The position numbers and the translations under genes were made by a program. DNA of 64,000 nt, taken from a virus. Its lineage: Duplodnaviria > Heunggongvirae > Uroviricota > Caudoviricetes. The stretch lies in IMG/VR virus record IMGVR_UViG_3300020577_006051, positions 26,245 through 90,244 of that record. One strand, 5' to 3'. Of this stretch, positions 28,460 to 38,168 are shown piece after piece (the stretch's first letter is position 1; the number at the start of each line of letters is the position of its first letter). A model generated the notes under the pieces. The model made no database searches. It was not told the DNA's origin and worked only from the letters and a program-made list of their open reading frames with translations.

Positions 28460-28966
28460 ATGCTGAACAAGAAGCACGTTCTAAACAACGGTAAGTCAAT
28501 AGATATTCGCGCTTTGTTTCCGACAAAGGATGTGAGTTCTGTTTCGTACTACGAAGTTGACTACGTTGGTGGTAACGTGCTTATCAGCTTTTACGATGAA
28601 TATGGCCAACAGATCAGTTCTTTACCAGATAAAGAGAAAGTTTATGTCACAGAAAGTACGGCACTATATTGTAGCTCAGTTACTACGGCTTGCTTTGATC
28701 GTGCAAAAAGTAACGTCGCAGCTCTCTTTCCTAATATAGATATCGAGCAGATTAAGTATCTAGAATTTGACAAATATAAAGATATCAAATCTAAGATAGA
28801 TGAAGAATATAGACAACAGTTATGTGCGCTATCTGTTTCTGACATGGAACTCATCATCAAGTGCCACGATAAAGGTAAGATCAACCGCGCGGATGTAACT
28901 ATTAGGGCACTAAAAGACGAGTTGGCTCGACGTTATATCTTTACGGAGGCAAATAAAGATGTTTAA
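28460..28966 (+). CDS. hypothetical protein
   Basis: 168-aa ORF. Confidence 0.5.
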   Translation: MLNKKHVLNNGKSIDIRALFPTKDVSSVSYYEVDYVGGNVLISFYDEYGQQISSLPDKEKVYVTESTALYCSSVTTACFDRAKSNVAALFPNIDIEQIKYLEFDKYKDIKSKIDEEYRQQLCALSVSDMELIIKCHDKGKINRADVTIRALKDELARRYIFTEANKDV

Positions 28967-29444
28967 ATTATTGTTAGCACCGATGTGCTTCATGCTTACC
29001 AGCTGCGGAACAACACCCAAAGATTTAATAGAACGTCGATTCCTTCCAGACCATCCAACAGACAAGAAGATTGATCCAGAATTCCAGAGTCACGTAGATC
29101 GCTTCTCCAAGTATCTTGGTCGCAAAGTAGAGATCCGTATTCAGTTCGAAGAGTTAGACGATGAGACAGTTGGTTTGTGTGCTATATACAGCGACGGCTA
29201 CCGCGAGATAGAGATCGACAGAGAATATTGGGACGATGCAGAAGAGTCCGTACGTGATGAACTTATCTTTCATGAGCTTGGTCACTGTATTTTAGATCTA
29301 GACCACGATGAGACATTAATCAACAAAGGTAACTACTACCAAATCCCCAACAGCATCATGTATCCTTTTACTTTTGGATACACATCTTACTATAAAGAAT
29401 TCATTGAAGAGTATCACCAAGAGCTTTTCACTCATGGAAAATAA
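28959..29444 (+). CDS. lipoprotein with HExxH zinc-metallopeptidase motif
   Basis: lipobox FMLTSCG; FHELGHCILDLDHDE. Confidence 0.6.
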   Translation: MFKLLLAPMCFMLTSCGTTPKDLIERRFLPDHPTDKKIDPEFQSHVDRFSKYLGRKVEIRIQFEELDDETVGLCAIYSDGYREIEIDREYWDDAEESVRDELIFHELGHCILDLDHDETLINKGNYYQIPNSIMYPFTFGYTSYYKEFIEEYHQELFTHGK

Positions 29445-29913
29445 GACTGACACTGCTTGGCTAGCGAGCGGCGAAAACCCAAATTTTCTTAAATATTGTT
29501 GGCTTATCTATACACGACATATATTATTTGAAGAATCTAATCGAAATGATGAGCAGCTAAAGTATCTAAAGCAGATAGAATACGACACCTTACAAAAGAA
29601 ACAACTGCCCGCTAAATATATTGGAATGAAACCTAGTGCAATAAAGTTTTTAAAACTCGAATTAGTTAAAAAGAATAAAGACATATTTCAGTATTTAATG
29701 AAACTAATGAAAGACAATGAAGAATTTATTAGGGCAGCAGATAACAATCTAGCGTATAGAGTTGCTTACGAAAAAGAAGACATATGGTTAGTACGACGAG
29801 CTATGGCTTCAATAGACTTACCATCAAAGATAAGTCCATCCGATATTAAAAAATATCATGATGAGTATGTCGCTCAACTGTGCATCGAAGAGATGCTGAA
29901 GGAACAAACATGA
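29434..29913 (+). CDS. hypothetical protein
   Basis: in frame with listed 29374..29913; ATG at 29434 overlaps the upstream stop. Confidence 0.45.
   Translation: MENKTDTAWLASGENPNFLKYCWLIYTRHILFEESNRNDEQLKYLKQIEYDTLQKKQLPAKYIGMKPSAIKFLKLELVKKNKDIFQYLMKLMKDNEEFIRAADNNLAYRVAYEKEDIWLVRRAMASIDLPSKISPSDIKKYHDEYVAQLCIEEMLKEQT
29447..29461 (+). promoter_or_regulatory. degenerate copy of the conserved box (CTGACACTGCTtggc)
   Basis: 11/16 match right after the stop of 28959..29444. Confidence 0.3.
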
Positions 29914-30386
29914 GATCGTTATTACTGGCAGCATTGGCGCTCTTACCTTTGACAGCGAAGGCAGAAGAGACATCAGTAGCTCCAAAGACAGCAAACGTTC
30001 AGCTACTGAACGTGGAATACTTCGACATCACCTACGCTAAGTTTCGCGAGAATCGCGATCCTTATACGCCAGAGTTCGATGGTCAATGGAAGTATCGTTT
30101 AGCAACCAACTTCCGCATCAGTCTTGGACATCTCATCTACTGGGATAACCAAGTGCATACAGAAGCTCTAACGAACGAAGTTAAAACCGTTGGCTGGCAT
30201 TATTTCGTAGGTATTCGCTTACACTCCAAGATTGACCTGTACTGGGAACATCACTCTCGCCACGTGATGGAAGAACAGCGTCCAAAAGATCCACTAGACA
30301 AAAGCAACGTGTTTCCTGTTGAGGATTCAGTTGGTATCCGATTCAAATTTATTGAAGATAACACTAAGAATAGTTTATTTAAATAA
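29910..30386 (+). CDS. secreted protein with signal peptide
   Basis: in frame with listed 29880..30386; MRSLLLAALALLPLTAKA nearly identical to the signal peptide of 11504..11842. Confidence 0.5.
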   Translation: MRSLLLAALALLPLTAKAEETSVAPKTANVQLLNVEYFDITYAKFRENRDPYTPEFDGQWKYRLATNFRISLGHLIYWDNQVHTEALTNEVKTVGWHYFVGIRLHSKIDLYWEHHSRHVMEEQRPKDPLDKSNVFPVEDSVGIRFKFIEDNTKNSLFK

Positions 30387-30394
30387 GGATAGTT

Positions 30395-31222
30395 ATGTCT
30401 TCTAAAAAGAGAAAAAATCTAATCAATAGAAGATTTAATAGACTTTTTGTTCTGAGTTTATATAAAACTATACAATACAAAAAGTCTAAAAAAGATTTAT
30501 ATTTATGTAAATGTGATTGTGGAAATTCTATTGTTACTAGAGGTGATTCACTTTTGAATGGTAGAACAAAGTCATGTGGATGCTTTTCTAAAGAAACAAT
30601 AATTAAAAACAACGTAAAAAGAAAAATACCCAATGGTGGGGCTGCTATTAATATGCTTTTTAATAAATATAAAGAGGGCGCGGTCGTAAGAAATTTAGAA
30701 TTTACAATTAACATGGCTTTTTTTAAAAAAATAACCAAACAAAATTGTACATACTGTGGATCAAAACCAAGTCAAATAGCTAAAACTAAATGTAGTTCAT
30801 ATAACTATAATGGAATTGATAGGCAAGATAATTTATTAGGTTATACAAAAGAAAATTGCAAACCTTGTTGCAAAATATGTAATCGTGCAAAAATGGATTT
30901 AAGTTGTACTGAATTCTTAAAATGGATAGAGCAAATAAAATCGATGACATCTATAAAGTGTTTTTATCTTAAAAGAATAAATGATGTTAGTGGAACTAGT
31001 GGAACAGGTATTGTCGCTATTGGTGGTATTTTACCATCAGGTAAATGTATTCTTGAATGGACTAGTTCTGAAATAACCGAAACCATCTTTGAAAGCATCG
31101 ATCAAATCGAAAGAATTCACGGTCATGGCGGCAAAACTCTAGTAATCATGGGGAACCCAAATGAGCAAGAAAAACCAAAAGCAAAAACAAAGTCCAAAAC
31201 AAAAGCAAAAGCCAAAAAGTAA
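30395..31222 (+). CDS. HNH homing endonuclease, CxCDCG/HNH_3 family
   Basis: RFNRLFVLS...LCKCDCGNSIV...SCGC and NGIDRQDNLLGYTKENCKPCCKICNRAK; about 28% GC. Confidence 0.8.
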   Translation: MSSKKRKNLINRRFNRLFVLSLYKTIQYKKSKKDLYLCKCDCGNSIVTRGDSLLNGRTKSCGCFSKETIIKNNVKRKIPNGGAAINMLFNKYKEGAVVRNLEFTINMAFFKKITKQNCTYCGSKPSQIAKTKCSSYNYNGIDRQDNLLGYTKENCKPCCKICNRAKMDLSCTEFLKWIEQIKSMTSIKCFYLKRINDVSGTSGTGIVAIGGILPSGKCILEWTSSEITETIFESIDQIERIHGHGGKTLVIMGNPNEQEKPKAKTKSKTKAKAKK

Positions 31223-31622
31223 GAAGATCGGAAGTGAAGTAACATTTACTTTATTACCATCTACAAATATTGCGGTTAAACCTTCTGAAGGTCGTGGTCG
31301 CGGTGTATTTGCAGTTAAAGATATTAAAGCAGGTGATGTAATTGAAGCTGCACCCACAATCGATATTCCTTCTAAAGAAATTGCTTTCGTTAATGCTTCA
31401 AGATTGGCTCACTATATGTTTGAGGGTGTGTTCTCCGGTGAAGGAGTTATTGCTCTGGGTTATGCAAGTCTATATAACCATGATAAAAAATCGAATGCTT
31501 CTTGGGAGATGAACGACGGATTGATCGTTATTTCTGCCGACAAGAATATCAAAGCAGGTCAAGAGATTTTCTTAGATTATGGTTGGGGCAAAGAAATGCT
31601 CAAAAAATTAGGCATCAAATAA
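31161..31622 (+). CDS. SET-domain protein methyltransferase with basic N-terminal tail
   Basis: GRGVFAVKDIKAGDVI, YNHDKKSNA (NHxC-like) and EIFLDYG motifs. Confidence 0.7.
   Translation: MSKKNQKQKQSPKQKQKPKSKKIGSEVTFTLLPSTNIAVKPSEGRGRGVFAVKDIKAGDVIEAAPTIDIPSKEIAFVNASRLAHYMFEGVFSGEGVIALGYASLYNHDKKSNASWEMNDGLIVISADKNIKAGQEIFLDYGWGKEMLKKLGIK
31172..31219. repeat. imperfect (CAAAAG)n low-complexity tract
   Basis: about 8 hexamer-like units; encodes K-rich tails in two frames. Confidence 0.6.
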
Positions 31623-31631
31623 GGAGTAAGT

Positions 31632-32381
31632 ATGAAACAATTTCTTTTACCATTATTGATCTTAGCTACAGGTTGTACAGTCGTTAGTCCTGGTGAACGT
31701 GGCATCGGCATCTCTCAAGGTGAGATCAATAAAGAAGTTCGCAAGCCAGGTACCTATCTTTGGATCCCTCACTTTCGCGGTAGCGCTGTCATGGATGTTC
31801 AGATCCAGAAGAGCGACATCGAGTCTGGTGCAGCTACAAAAGACCAACAAGAGCTTATGACTAAAGTTGCCGTCAACTGGCAAATTGAAGAAAGCAAAGT
31901 GGTAGAGATCTACGAGAACTTAGGTAACCTACGAGCTGTACTAACAAACGTAATCGAGCCTCAAGTTCACGAAGTAATGAAAGCTTGTGTTTCGAAGATG
32001 TCCGCAGAAGAAGTGTTGTCGAAGCGTCAAGAACTTAAAGAACAGATGGATGCTGCACTCAAAGCACGTCTATCTCCTTACGGAATCACTATTCGCGACG
32101 TGTCGATCATCAACTTCGAGTTCGGTAAAGAGTATAAGAATGCTATTGAACAGAAGCAAGTTGCAGAGCAAAAAGCTAAGCAAGCTGAGTATGAAGCGCA
32201 AAAAGCAGAGCAAGATGCTCGTGCTGCGATCAATACAGCTCGTGGACAAGCTGAATCGCAGAAGTTAGTACAACAGACATTGACACCACTAATGATTGAG
32301 TTGAAGAAGGTGGAAAAATGGGATGGCAAACTACCGACGACAATCTTGGGCAACACAACCCCAATGATCAATGTGAAGTAA
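31632..32381 (+). CDS. SPFH/band-7 (prohibitin-like) lipoprotein
   Basis: lipobox LATGC; VVSPGERGIG band-7 start; long Ala/Gln/Glu coiled coil. Confidence 0.75.
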   Translation: MKQFLLPLLILATGCTVVSPGERGIGISQGEINKEVRKPGTYLWIPHFRGSAVMDVQIQKSDIESGAATKDQQELMTKVAVNWQIEESKVVEIYENLGNLRAVLTNVIEPQVHEVMKACVSKMSAEEVLSKRQELKEQMDAALKARLSPYGITIRDVSIINFEFGKEYKNAIEQKQVAEQKAKQAEYEAQKAEQDARAAINTARGQAESQKLVQQTLTPLMIELKKVEKWDGKLPTTILGNTTPMINVK

Positions 32382-32598
32382 CAGTTTCAGATAGAACTGT
32401 TTTTTCTAGTTTTACTAAGTCTACTCGCTGGGCACACAATGAGCTTCATAAGAAGTGCATCATAAAAGATAACCTCATGTGTGTCCTTCACCAGCTCGAG
32501 TGCATAGATATTGAAACATACGCTAAGTTCATCGAACATAACGAACAGACTGTGTTCGAGATCATGTTCAGTACGGGTAATTTGTTCAAGGGAACTTT

Positions 32599-32997
32599 AT
32601 GAATCAGGTGGGTGAATACATAGGTTGGTTAGGTGCTTTGTGTCTAGCTATATGCAGCTTACCGCAAGTGATTTATACTATTCGATACAAGTCAGCAGAC
32701 GGCATATCATGGGGATTCATACTGCTGTGGTTCGGCGGTGAGATCTTTACTCTAGCTTATTTATTCATGACTGGTCTTGCGACTTATCAACTGATCTTTA
32801 ACTATGGGTTGAACCTGATAGGACTAGGGATAATTCTCTACTACAAGATCAAGGAACGGTACGACGAGAAACAGAGACATAAAGATTATATTATGAGTCT
32901 GAACCAAGATGCTGCTTTCCACAATCTAATGGAAATGTTATTTTGCTTTGGTTCGATATCTCATAAAACTTTTAGTCGATACCTAGATAGAAGGTAA
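32599..32997 (+). CDS. PQ-loop-like small membrane protein
   Basis: SLPQVIYTIRYKSADGISW plus 3-4 TM helices. Confidence 0.5.
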   Translation: MNQVGEYIGWLGALCLAICSLPQVIYTIRYKSADGISWGFILLWFGGEIFTLAYLFMTGLATYQLIFNYGLNLIGLGIILYYKIKERYDEKQRHKDYIMSLNQDAAFHNLMEMLFCFGSISHKTFSRYLDRR

Positions 32998-32998
32998 C

Positions 32999-33175
32999 AT
33001 GGAACAATTTAAATGTCTAGCTTGCAAACATGAGTATAAAGCTAACCCTGGTCCGACACAATGCCCTAAGTGCAAACATCTATTGATCGAATGGGTGAGT
33101 TATGAAGAAAAAGAAAAAGCCAAAGAAGCCGAAAGTAAGAATTCCAGTACCGCCACCAACGATTCGTCACAAGTC
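32999..33175 (+). CDS. zinc-ribbon small protein (58 aa)
   Basis: unlisted ORF with CLAC...CPKC. Confidence 0.45.
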
Positions 33176-33213
33176 TAAGAAAGATTACAAGCGAGTCAAG
33201 AAAGTAGTAGTGG

Positions 33214-33534
33214 TTGAGGATGAAACGGGTGGGTGATATAGAAACACACGCTCTACTTCGCAGATTGCGAATCACTTATGGACATGATAGCGTGTACAGG
33301 TTAATGTCTATCTTGCATAGTTTAAGAGTGTCTGATCAATGGATTGGAAGAGACAATTTAGATACTTATCTAAGAAACATGGAAAACTCTGCTATTAAAA
33401 GATCTTCAGGTTTTCGAAAACTTTGGCTTCTATCTCAACAGAAGTTTGTTGATTTGGTTGGTGAGGTTGAGAATCCGCTTTTATCTTATCTTCTGGGGAA
33501 AGTTGTCTGTTTACTTCACAGTATGCGCAGATAG
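33214..33534 (+). CDS. hypothetical protein
   Basis: 106-aa ORF; conflicts with minus ORF 33395..33610. Confidence 0.3.
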   Translation: MRMKRVGDIETHALLRRLRITYGHDSVYRLMSILHSLRVSDQWIGRDNLDTYLRNMENSAIKRSSGFRKLWLLSQQKFVDLVGEVENPLLSYLLGKVVCLLHSMRR

Positions 33535-33610
33535 GGCACTTAGTCCACCAGCGTAACTTCGGATGTGGGGTCATGTATCCCCAAGAACATTCTCGGCAGA
33601 TACTGAACAT

Positions 33611-33853
33611 TTAAGTAATCTTTCCTGGACCTGTGGAGGTCGTTACGATGGCTTGCGTTAGGAGTGCATTGATGATTGTCTTGGTAACAGCAGCAGCTAC
33701 GGCCTCAGCTAACTTACCCTGTGATCCTTCAGCGCTCGAAGCGAAGTCCGAACCACCTGCAGATACTGTAGATGAAAACTTACTCTTCATCTCAGCCTTA
33801 ACTGCTTCTACTGCTTGCATTGCTATAACGTCTGGAACTAGTGGCATACGCAC
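33611..33853 (-). CDS. hypothetical Ala-rich protein
   Basis: 80-aa minus-strand ORF in a locally GC-rich patch. Confidence 0.3.
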   Translation of the reverse strand: MRMPLVPDVIAMQAVEAVKAEMKSKFSSTVSAGGSDFASSAEGSQGKLAEAVAAAVTKTIINALLTQAIVTTSTGPGKIT

Positions 33854-34236
33854 CTCACTTTATAACTATTATACAACACTATGAAACAAACATACTTAAT
33901 AAACGAAGAAACTCGCATACAAGCCGCTGACAAGATGCTGGACCTGTTGTCCGATCTGAATATAAGGCATGCAACCGTCTTTGGGATACCTAAGATGTTG
34001 AATTGGTTGGAACAGTTTAATGTTAAAGTATAATGTAGCACGACTACGAGCCTTTAAATTATTTATATTATTGAGTAAATTAGAGTTAAATCTTGTTGGA
34101 AGCTTAAATGTTTATGACGATAGTCTGAGAGATTGGCTAGACATAATGGGTGAACAATGAATAATCATACAGCTAGTCTTGCTAACTTATTATTCTTACT
34201 TAAGATCCACAAGATGGAAACTGAAGACTTTCTTAC

Positions 34237-34680
34237 ATGGAGAAAACAATGTCTAAGCTTGAGATCTACTGCGACGGTTCATCAGAAGGTAACTCAACAG
34301 GCTGCGGCGGATATGGATATGTAATTGTTCTAGATGGTGAACCTATCGGTCAGGGTTCTGGACATCTTCCCCAAGCAACGAACAACACTGCTGAGTTGAC
34401 TGCAGCTGTTAAGGGTATGCACTGCGCATTAGGATTGATCTCCTTGATGGAAACAAAACCAGAGGAAGTAAGTCTTGTGTCTGATTCAAAACTCGTCCTA
34501 GGGTACGCGGATGGATCATATAGGTGCAAGGCATTACATCTTGCCCCTTTATGTATCGATCTTCGTAAAGCCTACACCTTACTCAAAGCTAAGACTCGCT
34601 GGGTGAAGGGACACAATGGCGATCGCTTTAATGAAATGTGCGATAAATTAGCAAAAAATGCAAAAGAAATTGAAGAATAA
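34237..34680 (+). CDS. ribonuclease H (RNase HI-like)
   Basis: YCDGS, TNNTAELTA, SDSKLV and GHNGDRFNEMCDKLA carboxylate motifs. Confidence 0.85.
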   Translation: MEKTMSKLEIYCDGSSEGNSTGCGGYGYVIVLDGEPIGQGSGHLPQATNNTAELTAAVKGMHCALGLISLMETKPEEVSLVSDSKLVLGYADGSYRCKALHLAPLCIDLRKAYTLLKAKTRWVKGHNGDRFNEMCDKLAKNAKEIEE

Positions 34681-35141
34681 TGAAAACTTGTACTAAATGC
34701 AAAAGTCAAAAACCTGTTACTGATTTTTGTAAAAGAAATCGCTCAAAAGATGGTTTAAATCATTGGTGTAAACAATGTGTAAACATAAATAATAAAATTG
34801 TTATTTCTAATAATTTAGAAAAATATAGACAATTAAGTAGAGAATGGGATAAGAAAAACAGACCAAGACGTTTTGAAAGTGAAATAAAACATAAATTCAA
34901 CATAACGGTTGAAATTTATAATGAAATGTTGCAAAAACAGGATAATGCATGTGGAATATGTAAAGTTAAAACAATAGACTTAAATAAACGTTTAGCGGTT
35001 GATCATTGTCATCTTACTAATAAAGTAAGAGGATTATTGTGCGGTAAATGCAATATGGCATTAGGTCTGTTTAATGATGATTTAAAAATACTTAAAACTG
35101 CAATTAACTATTTAGGTCAAAATGACAGTGATCAAATATAA
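34680..35141 (+). CDS. recombination endonuclease VII-like
   Basis: CGICK ... VDHCHLTNKVRGLLCGKCNMALG aligns with T4 gp49 HxDHDH...RGLLCxxCN. Confidence 0.75.
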   Translation: MKTCTKCKSQKPVTDFCKRNRSKDGLNHWCKQCVNINNKIVISNNLEKYRQLSREWDKKNRPRRFESEIKHKFNITVEIYNEMLQKQDNACGICKVKTIDLNKRLAVDHCHLTNKVRGLLCGKCNMALGLFNDDLKILKTAINYLGQNDSDQI

Positions 35142-35696
35142 ACGAACTACTACATTTCGATGGGAAATGCAAGATTACGAAGTTTGCATAGATGATCACA
35201 TTAAAGTAAATATCTTATGCGATTTATTGCTAGCTTTCAGAATTGACTCTGCAGATCTACATTACACAAACATGATGAAGTTTATTATAAGGATGAGGAT
35301 GTGTTAGTGATTGGGCCACAGAAACATAACTTTGACTCTAAAGGACGATACATAACTGTTCGTAATATCGTTAGAGTCTACGTAAACAATTCTGCCAAAT
35401 TTGATCACGTAATGAGTTTAACAACCTTGCTTATGTTTCTTAACTTAAAAAGTTACGATCTTTATCACAACGATATCTGCAGGTTTTTGATTCGCAGAGG
35501 TTGCAAATGATAGTTGAATATTTAACGGCGCCAAAAACGAAACGTGATCAAATGCATCATTCAAGCTACGTTTTATGGCGTACTTTAATACTTCTTAAAG
35601 TTTTCCATATAAAATATGATCACGATTCTAGATCAGAGAGGTGGAGATGGGCTTCTAAGCTCATAGAAACTAGAAGCCCTGTTCTTACTATTAAAA

Positions 35697-37484
35697 TTAC
35701 TTTTTCTTAACGAAACTAACTTCACAAGATCCAGTTGCACAGTCATCTACTTCAGCTGCTTCAACTTTATACTGCTCGTTGAACTTAGCTTTACCTTCTT
35801 CAAGGCTCAGAGCTTTAAGTGGTGGTTCATGGATGACGCCTTTATCGTCTACGTATCCACGACTGTTCTCACGATAGAACGTTGTTCCTTTAAGCGAAGG
35901 CAGATATTCCAACCATAGGTCGTTCATCTCTTCGATAGGATAGTCTTCGGCGATGTTGATCGTCTTAGATACTGCGTTGTCAACATGCTTCTGAATGATA
36001 CGTTGAACTTCCATGTGATCGCGAACAGAGATATCGCGTGCGCCAACGAAGTGATCAACAGACTTACCTTCCTTCATGAACTGAACGAACAATGGGTGTA
36101 AGCAAAGCTCAACCTTACGCTCATCCTTGTCCCAGTAGCGACGCTCATAAGCTGGAGCAAACATCGGCTCGATGCCAGAGCTACAGTTACCAGAGAGAAT
36201 CGATACTGTTCCTGTAGGTGCCTGAGTTAGGATCGCGCAGTTGCGGATACCGTGTTCAGCAACCAATGAGCGAACTTTAGGTCCCATGCGCTTCATGAAG
36301 CCGGACTCAACGTGTTTGTCAGGTTGGCAGAGCGGAAACGCTCCCTTCTCCATAGCGAGCATTACAGAAGCTTCGTATGAAGTCTTAGCGATGAACTTAT
36401 AGAGCTTGTCGATAAACTTGTTACCATCTTCTGAACCGTAGCGAACACCGAGCATAGCAAGCATGTCAGCAAGCCCAGTTGTTCCTAGACCAATGCGACG
36501 CAAGCTGTGTGACTTAGCCTTCATCTCAGGAAGTGGGTAAGTGTTAACAGTTAGAACGTTGTCCAAGAAGCGAACTGCAGTGCGAATGGTATCGCCCAGA
36601 GTAGCATAGTCGATGTCGCCGTCTTTGACGAAGCGAGTCAACACCAGATGTCCTAGGCAGCAGCAGTCGTAAGCGCTCAACGCGATCTCACCGCATGGGT
36701 TTGTAGTTACTAAAGGTTCGATGTAAGAAATGTTACTTTCACTCTCAACTAATTCCCAGTTCAAGAAACCAGGTTCAGCAGAGTTGTAAGCGTTAGTTAC
36801 GATGGTGTTCCAAAGCTCTTTAGCCTTGACCACGCGCTTGTACTTACCTTTCCACGACAGTTCCCAATCACCGTCTTCTTTGACTGCTTTGATGAATGCC
36901 TTCGTGTCTTTACTGCGAACAGATACGTTAGCATGGGTAAGCTCACCTTTGACCAACTTAGCGTTCAAGAACTCTTCGATATCTGGATGGTCGAGGTCTA
37001 GACTAAACATGAGAGCGACGCGACGTTGTCCACCGTTCTTAACTGGCTTAGCGCAAGAGTCGATTAAGCGCATCAATTCAACTGCGCCAGGTGCAACACC
37101 TTTCTGGTCAGAGATCATTGCACCTTTAGGACGGATGTCGCTGAAGTCGTCTCCGCAACCGCCACCAGTCATGGACGTAACGATCATGTTGTGAGCGGAC
37201 TTGCCCCAACCTTCTTTAGAATCTTTGTTTGGATCGAGAACGAAACAGTTCAAAAGCTGTGGATTAGTGCGGCCGGAGTTGTACCAGATGCGTCCACCAG
37301 GAACAAACATATTGTTCGATAAGATGTCGAAGAATCTTTGCTCGTACTGTTTTTGTTTTTCAGGGTATTCAGCGAGAGCCATCTGACGAGCCACGCGCTG
37401 GCAAGCTTCGGACCAACTTTCCTCTGGCGTGAATGCGTAACGGTCTTTAAAGATCTTTAGGGAAAAGTCTTCTGGATTAAACAA
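35697..37484 (-). CDS. ribonucleotide reductase catalytic subunit, class II-like
   Basis: LLNCFVL and TNPCGEIAL active-site Cys/Glu, C-terminal CATGSC pair, no ATP cone; 595 aa; no nrdB in window. Confidence 0.65.
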   Translation of the reverse strand: MFNPEDFSLKIFKDRYAFTPEESWSEACQRVARQMALAEYPEKQKQYEQRFFDILSNNMFVPGGRIWYNSGRTNPQLLNCFVLDPNKDSKEGWGKSAHNMIVTSMTGGGCGDDFSDIRPKGAMISDQKGVAPGAVELMRLIDSCAKPVKNGGQRRVALMFSLDLDHPDIEEFLNAKLVKGELTHANVSVRSKDTKAFIKAVKEDGDWELSWKGKYKRVVKAKELWNTIVTNAYNSAEPGFLNWELVESESNISYIEPLVTTNPCGEIALSAYDCCCLGHLVLTRFVKDGDIDYATLGDTIRTAVRFLDNVLTVNTYPLPEMKAKSHSLRRIGLGTTGLADMLAMLGVRYGSEDGNKFIDKLYKFIAKTSYEASVMLAMEKGAFPLCQPDKHVESGFMKRMGPKVRSLVAEHGIRNCAILTQAPTGTVSILSGNCSSGIEPMFAPAYERRYWDKDERKVELCLHPLFVQFMKEGKSVDHFVGARDISVRDHMEVQRIIQKHVDNAVSKTINIAEDYPIEEMNDLWLEYLPSLKGTTFYRENSRGYVDDKGVIHEPPLKALSLEEGKAKFNEQYKVEAAEVDDCATGSCEVSFVKKK

Positions 37485-37661
37485 CTTGATCTCCTTGTAG
37501 TTTAATGTAGCAGTGTCATAGTTAAATTGTTAAGCGGAAATATAAGTCTGGTAAGAGTTCGATTGTGTGTTGTAGGTTTTACGGATGTATCTCATATTCG
37601 TCCTCACAATCAAATTGGTGTATGTCTTATACTCAATTGGTAGAATAAAATTATAACATAA

Positions 37662-38168
37662 ATGAGAGCAAAACAAATGCCAGTAATTTACTTTTTAGCT
37701 AGCCTTATCATACATATAGGGCTAATTTTAGGTATTGCCTCTATTCAGCAAACTCAACAAAAACAACAGGCAGAACAGAAACAAGGTCAAGGCCAACCGC
37801 CGCGAGAATCTGTCAAAGTAAAAATCATCGAGAAACCAAAAGAAGAAAATAAAGTTAAGATGAAGATCGCAACTAAGAAAGAACCTAGTAAGACTAAAGT
37901 AGCTGAACCAGAAGTTAAGAACGAAGAGAAATGTCCACAGTTCTACTACGGAATTGGTATCTATACGGATCCAAGCTTGTGTGTCGTGACTAAAGTTTAT
38001 CCAGGTTACTCAGCCGATCGTTCTGGAATAAAACCAGGCGATATGATTTTGATCCCTAACTGTGGATCGATTCGCGGTACAAGAGAAGAGGAATTCGATA
38101 TGACATTGATCCGCCAAGGCGAGATCATTAATTTAAAGATTAATAGGGAGAAAATCTGTGAAGGTTGA
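37662..38168 (+). CDS. membrane-anchored PDZ-domain protein
   Basis: N-terminal TM, Q/K-rich linker, then GIGIYTD...YSADRSGIKPGDMIL PDZ. Confidence 0.55.
   Translation: MRAKQMPVIYFLASLIIHIGLILGIASIQQTQQKQQAEQKQGQGQPPRESVKVKIIEKPKEENKVKMKIATKKEPSKTKVAEPEVKNEEKCPQFYYGIGIYTDPSLCVVTKVYPGYSADRSGIKPGDMILIPNCGSIRGTREEEFDMTLIRQGEIINLKINREKICEG

Noticed and set aside
33395-33610. Cys-rich minus-strand ORF overlapping plus ORF 33214..33534
   Set aside because: The strand call cannot be resolved from sequence alone; only low-confidence features recorded.
35122-35710. Three short plus-strand ORFs (35122..35307, 35301..35510, 35501..35710)
   Set aside because: Mutually overlapping, no SD sequences and atypical composition; region treated as non-coding pending evidence.
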